Position numbers and translations under genes: made by a program
Notes under the pieces: model-generated
Told to the model about the DNA's origin: nothing
Seen by the model: the letters and a program-made list of their open reading frames with translations, nothing else
The model's database searches: none
Origin: Balanoglossus misakiensis
Taxonomy: Eukaryota > Animalia > Hemichordata
DNA length: 64,000 nucleotides
Assembly: GCA_040954595.2 (NCBI GenBank)
Contig: CM082579.2
Location: 8,917,625-8,981,624, forward strand
Reading direction: 5' to 3'
Part shown: positions 54,201 through 64,000 of the stretch, one piece after another
Layout of the letters: the number at the start of each line of letters is the position of its first letter
Position numbering within the stretch: the first letter of the stretch is position 1

Positions 54201-57200
54201 TAGTTGTAAATATGTAAACGACCTCCCGGCTAGAAGTAGTACGCTGAAGAGTCGACAGCAGCTGGAAAGGGCCTGGTATTTCGAGGTCGATGGAGAGGAT
54301 CGTTTGTAGTTTGCGCGGGAATTTGCCGCGAAACGAAAAAACAACGACGGCTCTTCATCCACGCTTGAGTGCCGTCCTCTGCAAAATATACACCCACCGA
54401 ATAAACTCAGACCGCCGGAATGTGGGTCAATACCAAGATTTATGACCTTGCTTGAGTCAGGTTCTCTATCCACGATGCACTGTCACCTCCAACCAATTTA
54501 CATGTATCGGCGTGTGGTGGGACGACGGCATGCTATGCGACCGGATGCATGCATGGCTCCATTAATGTGATGACCATGGCATCTCCTCAAGGTCCCGCTC
54601 AAGGTGATGGTCAAGTGTCACGAAGTTATCTCTTAGTTTAAGTACATCAAGCAAAGACGCCAGTAGCCCTGGCCTTCTCATTTCTCTGTAATGTGGATAT
54701 GTCGAATAACTTATACGTTCTGGGCAGCTATACGTACCCGCGACAGTGATATCGCTTACGAAAAAAAGCAAGTTACAGTCGTGGCTTCTCACAGACAGAA
54801 TAGATGCACAATAAATCGAGCATTATGATACGGTCATTCTAAACGTGGTGTCAATATCACACTCACTTATTTCGTTTAATTAAAGAGGTTTTTTTTCTTC
54901 GAAACTTTGCGACTCGAAAGCCAGTTTTACTGAGTCCCAACCCAACACACCTTATTTTATTGTAAATGGTGACGCTGTCATGTGCTGACTAGTGAGCTGA
55001 CGCTACTGACTTGATTTATGCGGTTGTTGTCCAGTTTCAGTGTTTTCGTTGAACGTAAAATTCTTAAGCTAGACCTAAACTAAACTATTATTTACTACTG
55101 AGATACAAAGTACAGTGACCGTAAGAAGTAGACGACTTTTTACAGCTGAACTTGACTGTTTTTCACTTGAGAATTAGGCCAGTAACGTTACTTACGGCGT
55201 GGCATAAATTACAAATGATATGGCCTATTATAATAGTGATTCCGAACATTAAAATAAGAAAACTTACAACATATTGCGGATGCAGAGTCGAGTTCCACTT
55301 CGGGACTCAGTTGCGTCCGGAGGAAAGACGCCCAGGAAACGGTGCCACAGCCGTTGTTCTGGCAGTCGCTCGACATCACGTGTATTTCGTCCCCCGAGAG
55401 AACTCGAGCCCATAGGTTGAAGTAGGCCAGTTCACCTTGAAAGTTCTGCGACTTATCGCACGTGACGCCGGCTCGGTGCTGGTTCTTCCCGAGCAGGAGT
55501 ACGCCGTTGGGGCGCACGACGAGCGACGTGCCGAGATCGGCGCCGCGCGCCTCCGCGACGCCGTCTTTGTAGATCTGCCAGCCGCCGTCGGCCGACGCCC
55601 AGGTGGCGCAGACGTGGTGCCACGCCCCGTCGTTGGCCGACACTGACGTAGGCGGGCCTTCCGTGTCGCTCACCGTCAGGGCGAAATCTTGGTAGTTGTG
55701 GAGGACCAGCTCGCTGCTTTCGTCCTGGATGACGTAACTGAACGGGGTGCCGTGGTTGACGAGGTCCGTCGTCGTCATCCATAGACAGGCGGTAAACGCC
55801 GACAGCTCTTCCAGGAACGGTTCGTTTCTCCTCACATACCCCAAACCATCAAACCGCAACAGCTTGTCCGTCAGTGCACCTCCTTCACAATTCTCTGTGT
55901 GAATATAAAAAGCAAACCAAACTGTCAATCATTCAAGTTTCCCAACGGTGTATCCCTGAGATTTAATCTTTTCATTTAGGTCGCATGAGCGCACATTTAG
56001 AGATACTAAGTGTACTTGACCGCAACTTTCTTTTCTACACAAACTGCTTTTAGATTTTTCTGTTACAGACTACTTTGTGTTGCATGAAGAACCTCTTTGC
56101 TACTACTAACACACAGGGTTGCATATCCATGGTAACCACGGTAACGGATTCTACCTCCGCGTTGCGAATCTCTCAGGGCGTGTATAGCATCAATCTTCGC
56201 CATGCCACTGGGCCCTTTACTACTTTGAATTACTATCAGGAGGTCTTGCTCACGAGCTTGGCTAAAATCTAGGTCTGGTTCTCAGCAATGTGATTAGACA
56301 CAGATGGGAATGCCAGCCTCTTGGCCCGATGGGCGCATTTTGTGATCAGATTAACGAGAGACACAACATATAGTTGGGTGATATAGGCCTACTTAACCCA
56401 ATCCATGGACAGCTGTCATGTGCATCTCTATATAGATACACCACACGCCTCGTCCGACTTTTGCACGTGCAGTTTAAAATAGAATGAAATAGAATCTTGA
56501 ACTAAACGGGGTATTGTTTATGGTGTAAACTGTTTTTACTTTTCTCAAAAGTTTCACTATAGTGAATCAGGGTATCCGAGTCAACCCCCAGTTCAATGGT
56601 TTCACTATAACTCCACCCTATTCACTAAACTTGAGAATGCAGACGACAGAGATATGAAAAGCAGCTAGAATACACTGCGAACAACTGTGCTGATTCCTTT
56701 AGTTACTTCGTGGCATACGATCGACTGTTAGGTCACGTCCTTGTCACATTCTGTCCACTGCCTAAGCGCATTGTTGCACGATTCTACACGTGCATTGTTG
56801 CACGTTATTTGGTCCAACTTTTCGACCAATCGGTTGTCAGTTACACCCGACTGAGTCATCGCCGTTAGTCAGATGTGTTAGTTCCTTGCTTTTGGTTGAC
56901 TTTTCCATTTTATCTTCATGCGTGGAAATGAACCTTAAAAGGTTAATGAACTTCAAAAGTCCTCAATATACATGTACTTACACATGAAATGGGAAAAAAA
57001 TGAACCTCAATGTAAATAGATATTTTGATATCATGAAAATGTGCTAAAATTTTGGCGGGAAATCGGGGAATGCTGTTGACTTATTTGTAGGTTGGTGTCA
57101 AGGAGAGGGATTGATCCGTGTATGTGTAGGGTTAATCGCGGTTAAATAACGACAATCCTCTCCGCGGTTTTTATTTCTGTAGACAGGTTACGACTTTTCA

Positions 57201-58499
57201 ACTCTGCAATTTGTCAAAGTGAAAGGTCTCAAATCTCAGTCCTGTCCGATTCATCACGACAAACACAGACGTTGCCCGACCGCGAGATATTCATTTCAGG
57301 CACAGAAGAACCGAGGCACGTTGAGGATTTATCGGCAGATTAAGCTTGACGCGTCTTCTGTCGTCAGTACAGCACATCTGTTGCAACTTATTTCAACGGG
57401 GGAAGAAAATGGCGACGGGGAATCAGTTGGCCCGGCGTAAAGAAAACGCGGCTTCCAATTCTAGCCCAGCGTTGGCTCCGTCAAACCGCGCCATTTGACA
57501 TCACTCTCTGTACAGTGTCATTTGTTACAAAGCTGAAAGTTGAACATGACAACTTTGGTCAACACTTGAACTGATTTAAGACAGTGTATGTCTTCTTGAG
57601 TGACACATATACATGTACACTGTTTGCACAGTTAAAGATAACTTTGGATACACTTTCGGATAAGGATCGACTGTACGAATTAAGTGTCGCTTTAACTATA
57701 ACCGAAGCTGTAGGCTACCGATGATGATAATGACACGGACGTCAACTTCACTATGTGACTTTTATATGTTTATCATTCATTCATTCATTCATTCATTCAT
57801 TCATTCATTCATTCATTCATTCATTCATTCATTCATTCATTCATTCATTCATTCATTCATTCATTCATTCATTCATTCATTCATTCATTCATTCATTCAT
57901 TCATTCTCGAACGATAGCCTGGCATAGAGTACTAATGCATGGCAATTTCCCGAGTGAGTCAACTCTCTTTCAAAGTTTCTCGGAAACGAGGACGTCCTGT
58001 TGCTCGCCCCCCCCCCCCCCCCCGCTCATCGCCCGAACCATTTCGGCCCGGCTGTTCTGGTATTTTGTCAGGCTCTGCACGAGAGGAGACAGCACTGTAC
58101 ACAAGAGACTCAGGCACTGCACGAAGAAACACAACTTCAATTTTTTCCGTTTTTATCAATATTCAGAATACGTACAGTGCTTTATGATGGTGAATCACGA
58201 ACCATCGAGGAGTGGCTTCTATAACTTGAAACATGATCCGAGACTAATCAGATTATGTTTGACATTTCTGTACGTACTGTGTTGTACTGTACTGGAAATA
58301 TCAGTACCAAAGGCAGCTTGTCCATGTACACAATGAAAGACTTGCATGTGTAACTTTAAACATAAATGTGTAAATAATATCACGAACAAGTTACTTATGA
58401 CAAAAACTGACGACCTGACTTACCTTGGCTGAAAACACGAGAGGTACAAGTGTGTAAAACCAGATAAAAAACGGCTGCGAACCGTACACGGGAAGCCAT
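42284..58499 (-). CDS. Type I membrane protein: signal peptide - pentraxin - 7 WAP domains interleaved with Thr/Pro-rich linkers - pentraxin - TM
   Basis: Exons: 58499-58424 (MASRVRFAAVFYLVLHTCTSRVFSQ); 55894-55268 (PTX: FTACLWM..WHHVCATWAS); 49009-48869 WAP; 48534-48466, 48240-48181 linkers; 47931-47791 WAP; 47492-47409, 47225-47184 linkers; 46960-46820 WAP; 46639-46499 WAP; 46089-46015 linker; 45732-45586, 45413-45267, 44927-44781 WAPs; 44427-44353, 44126-44070, 43769-43707 linkers; 43423-42770 (PTX: FTVCLW..WHHVCVAWAS..LLGQE); 42426-42284 (TM VSLVVLGCIVSVLAVTALAVGFMAC, TGA). All internal exons are phase 1-1 with lengths divisible by 3. Joining across the 6.3 kb intron is inferred. Confidence 0.82.
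48112..48150. repeat. (GTCA)n microsatellite
   Basis: Direct reading. Confidence 0.95.
49302..50236 (+). promoter_or_regulatory. Tandemly duplicated promoter / first non-coding exon region of the nested C-type lectin
   Basis: Copy 1 49302-49731 and copy 2 49732-50236 share blocks (CACCAAT.ATATTGCTGTGCTTGCACCATCAA; CGAACAGGATTTTCTTCGGGCAAACTCTCTGTAA; ACGAGTTGGTTTT..AAGACATTGTTACGGCTATTT). Copy 2 has TATAAA (50132-50137) and donor CAG|GTAAG (50210/50211), which fits an acceptor at 50538 just before the ATG. Confidence 0.6.
50551..53098 (+). CDS. Secreted single-domain C-type lectin (EPN/WDD), nested antisense in an intron of the pentraxin-WAP gene
   Basis: Exons 50551-50616 (MNWIFSFLIVGAMCVPWVKSGP, Kozak ACCGCCATG), 50909-50935, 51426-51444 (inferred micro-exon needed for phase), 51938-52331 (A..FC...GRLA...FWIGLTD...EGSFIWADG...WAPGEPNN...QDCAQL), 52774-52853 (WDDEYC....FVCE) and 53040-53098 (TAG). 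Confidence 0.88.
53447..53655 (+). repeat. 36-bp exact direct repeat (53447-53482, 53620-53655)
   Basis: CCAGTGTGTTCTATTACTTTAATGACAAATACCGTC occurs twice. Confidence 0.9.
57772..57906. repeat. (TTCA)n microsatellite
   Basis: Direct reading; source of the HSFI-repeat ORFs. Confidence 0.98.
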
Positions 58500-59034
58500 C
58501 CTACAGCGGACTACACTTGACCTCCGAGGGCGCCACCATTTAGATAGTGAAGAGGGGGCGTGACAACTGTCCCCATAAATCCCCGCGGGGGGGGGGGGGG
58601 CTATGGTTGCACTAATTGAGGAACTGGCGAATCCGCCTTACTTTCCTATAAATGAAACTTCCATGAGAACGTCAGACAAACCAACCATGTATTTGTCTGA
58701 TTTCTAGAAACTAGCCAATGCAGCTGCGCGCTGTTTAATTTGACGAATGTAGATAAGCTCGGAAGTGCCATGACAATGCACATGATTGGCCTGTGAAAAT
58801 TTGGAACTTCACCAGCCGGCAGTGCCTGGGGATGGAGGTACCTGTTTGGATGAAATACCTACTGGTGGGAATTTTGAGATTTCCACAGCTCTTGTCCAAT
58901 ATGAGCCTGACATCTTAACAGTAGCCTGTGAAAAGCATTATAGGAACGTGCCGGAATGTTTTCGTCCTGCTAACACAACTCCAAACTCAAGCCAGCCATT
59001 AAACTTTATGCATGCCATAAAAATAAAGCACTAT

Positions 59035-60258
59035 AAAAGCTCTTTTTCGATGTCTACTTCAGAGGAATGATATAAATATATGCATTATGAGCACGCATGG
59101 CAATGAAACGTGTTAAAGGACAAGTGAACGCGTTCATTCATCTCCTCATGACGTAAATCGAGAAAGTAGTTGATACCATGGTCAAGTATTATTACAGTTA
59201 GTTATAATTATATAGTCGTTCCCGGACGAAAACGGACGGCGAGTGATGACGTCGAGTGCACCTTTTACCTTAATGCCATAGTTCAGTGCAGATAACTATT
59301 TATAACTTTACATAGGCCTACGTCTTTCATCTGAATTTAGTACAGTAAAACTCCAATTATCCAAACTCCAATTATCCGAACTGTTTGGTTATCCGAACTG
59401 CTGTCATGTCCCCCAAACAGTTCTTTTGTATTAAGATTATTATCCGAATAACCGAACTGTCTGCATATCCGAACAAAATCAATGTCCCCCTGTCAGTTCG
59501 GATAATTGTAGTTTTATTCAATTATTTATTCATTTGAAGAATACATGTAAGCTAATGGGTAACACTTAGTTACATCACTTTTTACCGACTAACACGTGAC
59601 GACAGATGTCTTCCACGGAATACTCATACAAAATACGTCCAGTGTTATGGCAGCAGTGTTAACCGGAAGAAAAAAAATACATTTTGGAGAGTATGTGTAG
59701 ACCTAGACCGAGAGTGTATGCATGGCACAAATACATAATATTAACCCGAATTCGAACCAGTGCACCAGATTCCTAAGCATTCCTATTGACCCTCTACAAT
59801 CCCTACATTTACTAGTTTTTTTTTATTCGGTGGAAGAATGCCGAAATATGGCGTCGTGAAATCTGTTCAGTAGTGCCGCAACGATAATGGCTCACAGCAA
59901 AGTAGAATGTCGCGGGTGAGAATTGACACGTCTCCACAAGTCTGTTTATATATGTAAGATTGGATATGGCTACGATGATAGCATTTCAAACACATACAGT
60001 CGACTTTTTACAGTCTTCATTCAGATTTATTTATCGTTTAACTACACACCTCCTGAATTATAGACTTTGTTCACACTTTTAACCACTCTCGTTAAAACCG
60101 GTATAATAGTCAGCACCATGCGCGCACAGGGTTGCCATGCAGAATAGCCACACCGTTAACTTATTTCAGAAACTGAAGACAATTAAGTCGCCAAACTAAG
60201 TATATTTTGCTCTGTATATGTTGTTGTTGTCGTCGTCATGATCATGATCATGCTCGTG

Positions 60259-60293
<35 letters not shown>

Positions 60294-60365
60294 CTCTTTT
60301 TCGATGTCTACTTCAGAGGAATGATATAAGTATATGCATTATGAGCACGCATGGCAATGAAACGT
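59035..60365 (+). repeat. ~77-bp near-exact direct repeat (59035-59111 and 60289-60365)
   Basis: AAAAGCTCTTTTTCGATGTCTACTTCAGAGGAATGATATAARTATATGCATTATGAGCACGCATGGCAATGAAACGT occurs twice, 1.25 kb apart; the second copy abuts a (CAT)n run. Confidence 0.9.
59341..59520. mobile_element. Tc1/mariner-pogo (Tigger-like) MITE
   Basis: TA+CAGTAAAACTCCAATTATCC at left, imperfect inverted AGTTCGGATAATTGTAGTTTTATT at right; internal repeats of TTATCCGAAC. Confidence 0.65.
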
Positions 60366-60507
60366 TCAAGAACATGAGATATTCAGACAAAATAGGTCGG
60401 TCCATGCACATGGTTACATTTATGCTTAAAATAGGAAAACAAATTTGTGTGGGGATTAAAAGTTAGAAGTCTTGTACCGTATATTGCATGACAAGTTAAG
60501 AAAAAAT

Positions 60508-60578
60508 TGCATCGGCCGGGAATCGAACCCGGGCCTCCCGCGTGGCAGGCGAGAATTCTACCACTGAACCACCGATGC
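60508..60578 (-). tRNA. tRNA-Gly (GCC)
   Basis: Reverse complement reads GCATCGGTGGTTCAGTGGTAGAATTCTCGCCTGCCACGCGGGAGGCCCGGGTTCGATTCCCGGCCGATGCA: intact acceptor stem, A and B boxes, anticodon GCC, followed by a T6 Pol III terminator (60501-60506). Confidence 0.98.
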
Positions 60579-61111
60579 GCTATGCTGCATGAAGGAACTA
60601 TCCTTTCCGACCCTGTAATTGCAACCGGTGCACCAATATGTCTAGTATTGTTCCGTGAATAGCACGACGTCGTGATTTAAAGGGTGAGTCATCTGCCTAT
60701 TGCGCCCTCGTTTGGCAAGCTGAATACATCAATTTGATTTGTCGATCTGGTCTCAATCTGTACTTCGTTGCCACTGGTGTTGACTTCCCTCAACTTTTTT
60801 AGCCAAGGAATAGCATGTCTTGGGCTGCAGTGTCTTTGAAAACCAAGTCTTTATTTTCTAACAAAGTTTGCCGTAATGCGGAGGTTTGGCGCTGGTCAGT
60901 TACGTAACTGTCCCAGGTACCTCTTGCTCCACTGAGGGTGTATAACTTGACCCCTGAACCCGGATATAAAGTGAAAAAAAAAACACCGTTCACTTTCAAA
61001 GTACACAACCATAGTTAGTGCGCGGGCTCAGTATACAGGTGGGGCTTTGAATATCAACTTGACCAGGAATCAAGTTTTATCGAGACAGGGCCGGGAGTTA
61101 AGCATATTAGC

Positions 61112-64000
61112 ATGGTGGAAACACAACGCCTACTTTTACTGGCGGCGGTAATAATGCCTTTAGTACTACACGATCATGGTGAGTACAATTGTACATTGTT
61201 CAGTTTATACATTGGTCTGATTTGCGCGACCGAGGAAGCATGTGTTACAAAAACCTATAATACTGAACATGGAAGTCACCGTGCAAGAAGTTGAAAAAAC
61301 GCCCTTGTTTTAATGAAAAAACGAAGCCACTTCTAGTATCTGATATTTCTGTCCATATTCGCAGTCCACACTCTCCGTGTGGAGTGACTGCAGTGCGCAG
61401 TCTAAGCAAATTTTAATCTGTTTTAGTTTTTATCTGTTGGTCTCTGACATAGGTGAGTTCCAGTCGCGTGACTTGTTGCTTCTGTGCTGCCATGCCGGCA
61501 GACTTCTTTCGAAAACTGGCCTCTACAATTAAAAGGACAATAATTGTCAGTTTTACAGCTCACTTTTACCTCGCAACAGAAAATCGAGACTTGCCGTCCA
61601 TTCACTTTAACATTTGCATTACAATTTTGAAGTCGATCGAGACAGAAAATGAATCAGCAGATGGGCGTGGCGTGATATTTACATATCCTGGACGCCGTCA
61701 GCGCTGCAAGGCGATATCATGGTGGTAAATTTTCATTCTGATATCACAGAGGCCAAGAAACGTTTTGTTAGAATGACACCTTGTGACATCATCAACAATA
61801 GAAACATTGAAACTCAGCGGAAAGGGTAATCTGAACTGCACATGCGCGACTAACTCTTTGTAAACGCACATTCAGCGTTGTTCCTATACGTTCACCATGT
61901 CAACCAATATAGTGAATAACATCGATAATGAGAGCACAATATGGAGAAAAACGTGACGGATGTTAGCCGTCCGTCCGCACATTAAACAACAAAAGACACG
62001 AATCTGTTTACTTCGTGTCCGGACGAGGTCTCAGCCAAGAAGTTAATCAAGCATGTCACGGTGAAGCAAACGGGTATAGTCATCGGTCTTCAGACATGTC
62101 CTTGACCCGGCGAAAAGTGAACTTTGCATATCAACAGACTTCACTTTTGCGCATCACTGATCACTTTCCATTCGCATATACACAAACACGGGGGGGGGGG
62201 GGATTGCACCTTACATGTTAACAAGTGGATACTACAGTAGTAGTTTACCACGAACAGGTCTAACCGATTTGGGCATGCGTATTCGATACTGCCGATGGTA
62301 TCGCCCATAGTAAAGCGTCGGCCACCTGGCTGCATGGTAAGTTATGCACAGTATAGAAAAGAAAACATTAATGCAAGACCAAATTCGAAAAAAAAATCAA
62401 AACTTGGAAGTGAGAATTCGTCCCTTGCATCAACACTTCCCTTGATGTAATGGCGTACCCCGTACCTGCATGTTGTGAGTTAAATATTCCTGTTTTTTAC
62501 AATACCAACGCACGAGAAAACGGGCAAACGGGAATCTTCTGACGTACAAAAGAGTGAGTTAATTGTCCATATACTTGTATCTTCAGGAGCATCTGCTCAG
62601 GTTCTACAAGAGCCCGGTATACTGCTGACGTCGCTCAGTTATGATGGCGAGTCGCACCTGATGTATATTCCGGGCAGCGGAGAGCACATCTACACGGACA
62701 CATCAGGTGGCGGTACCGTTGGCGTCAGCATACTGCTCTCGGACGCTGGCTCCATCAAAGCAGGAGTCGCTGTCGACCACGAGGACGATTTGGTCTTCTG
62801 GGCAGATCCCGCCATGAAAGCCATCTACGCGGCGTCCCTGGAAACGGGAAATGGCGGAGCAATTTACAGGGGCATCTCGGACTTGGTGGAGGGTATCGCC
62901 GTGGACTGGACAGCCAACAAACTGTACTGGACGGACGCGTCCTACAACTGGATTGCCGTGTCCGACTACGACGGCGAAAATGTCCGGACGCTGGTCCACA
63001 CCGGCCTGGACAAGCCCCGAGGAATTGTCGTGGACCCGATACGTGGGTAAGTCTCGAATGCGGCGTTCAGACGCCGTGTCAACGGAGCAGAATCATTAGT
63101 ATTGATTTAAATGGTCAATAGTGACCATTACTACAATAAACACGTTTTCTTTATCGATATAATGTTGTACTTTGGCAATACCCAGGGTTGATTATTATCC
63201 AACTCCAGCTTTTGATCGAAAATCCTGGTCACGTTCGCATATATATATTTAATGCTGTCATGTTTGCTGAAACAAATGAATTATCGTTTTATCACATATG
63301 CTCCCCGCTTACCGCGTTCATAGACCCTAGAGAAAGATCTTTCCCCTACATTGCGTCACCATTCTATGAGACGCGTGCATAAGTTACCACCACTGTGTCA
63401 TTAAAAACAGTATACGTGTAGTAACTGAAACACACATCCGCCATATACGTTCGCAAACTTGCTTGTGATATAAAATTCAGAACACATGCAGTGTTCTTGC
63501 CTTGGAAGTTCTTCGACGTGACCAAACCCCCATAGAAATAAACGTCATTGCAAATACAGATGAACAGTGAGAAAGAGCGCGAGTCACAGCTTCCGCATTC
63601 ACGCAGACATAATTACATAACAACAATTAACTACTACATGTATTTACATCACAATAAGTAAGGTATTCACCATTCCTTTATTTACAGTCATTTGTATTGG
63701 TGTGACTATGGGTTAATCGGAAGAATAGAGAAAAGCAATTTGGACGGTGGTGATCGACAGACAATCGCAAGTCAGGACATGGACAACGATAACGTATATG
63801 CGCCCCATGGACTAGTCATAGACTTCGAGGAAAGTAGGTAAGTTACTGAAGATATTACCGAACGAGGGCGCCTTCGACCCAGTAGACTTGTTCTGAATCA
63901 AATCGAACTTGTCTTTCATATGCACAGGTTGTACTGGACTGACAGCACCTTAAAGAAGATCATGTCCGTGGGCCTGGATGACGATGTCTATACAGTCAGA
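61112..64000 (+). CDS. LDL-receptor class B (YWTD) beta-propeller protein, LRP-like; 5' part only
   Basis: Signal exon 61112-61178 (MVETQRLLLLAAVIMPLVLHDH); exons 62587-63046 (VFWAD; EGIAVDWTANKLYWTD; LDKPRGIVVDP), 63688-63837 (LYWCDYG..GRIEKSNLDG.DR; PHGLVID) and 63928-end (LYWTD). Phases are compatible. Candidate TATAAA at 60965. Confidence 0.9.

Noticed and set aside
53680-54830. Several 70-93 aa ORFs in the large intron
   Set aside because: No domain similarity, no consistent splice chain; probably decayed repeat sequence.

Overview
Intron-rich animal DNA with GT-AG splicing, most likely from a marine invertebrate deuterostome (hemichordate-like; inferred from gene content and repeat style, not proven). 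All exon chains were assembled by hand with splice-phase checks. The window holds a dense cluster of secreted or cell-surface genes. (1) A head-to-head pair of paralogues whose first mature domain resembles phage/T4-type (GH24) lysozyme; the + strand copy splices this domain in frame onto a NIDO-IPT-AMOP-vWD-3xSushi-TM (Mesh/SUSD2-type) membrane protein, and one of its coding exons is interrupted by a ~1.5 kb Helentron-associated (HINE-like) insertion. (2) An ST3Gal-type sialyltransferase. (3) A type I membrane protein with 3 kringles and 24 one-exon WAP domains, many near-identical. (4) A convergent pentraxin-7xWAP/mucin-pentraxin-TM gene whose 6.3 kb intron hosts an antisense EPN-type C-type lectin gene. 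(5) tRNA-Gly(GCC). (6) The 5' part of a YWTD beta-propeller (LRP-like) gene. MITEs and microsatellites are scattered through the introns. The best candidate for an undescribed system is the family of membrane-tethered, phage-lysozyme-like receptors. No database searches were possible, so every novelty claim needs checking.
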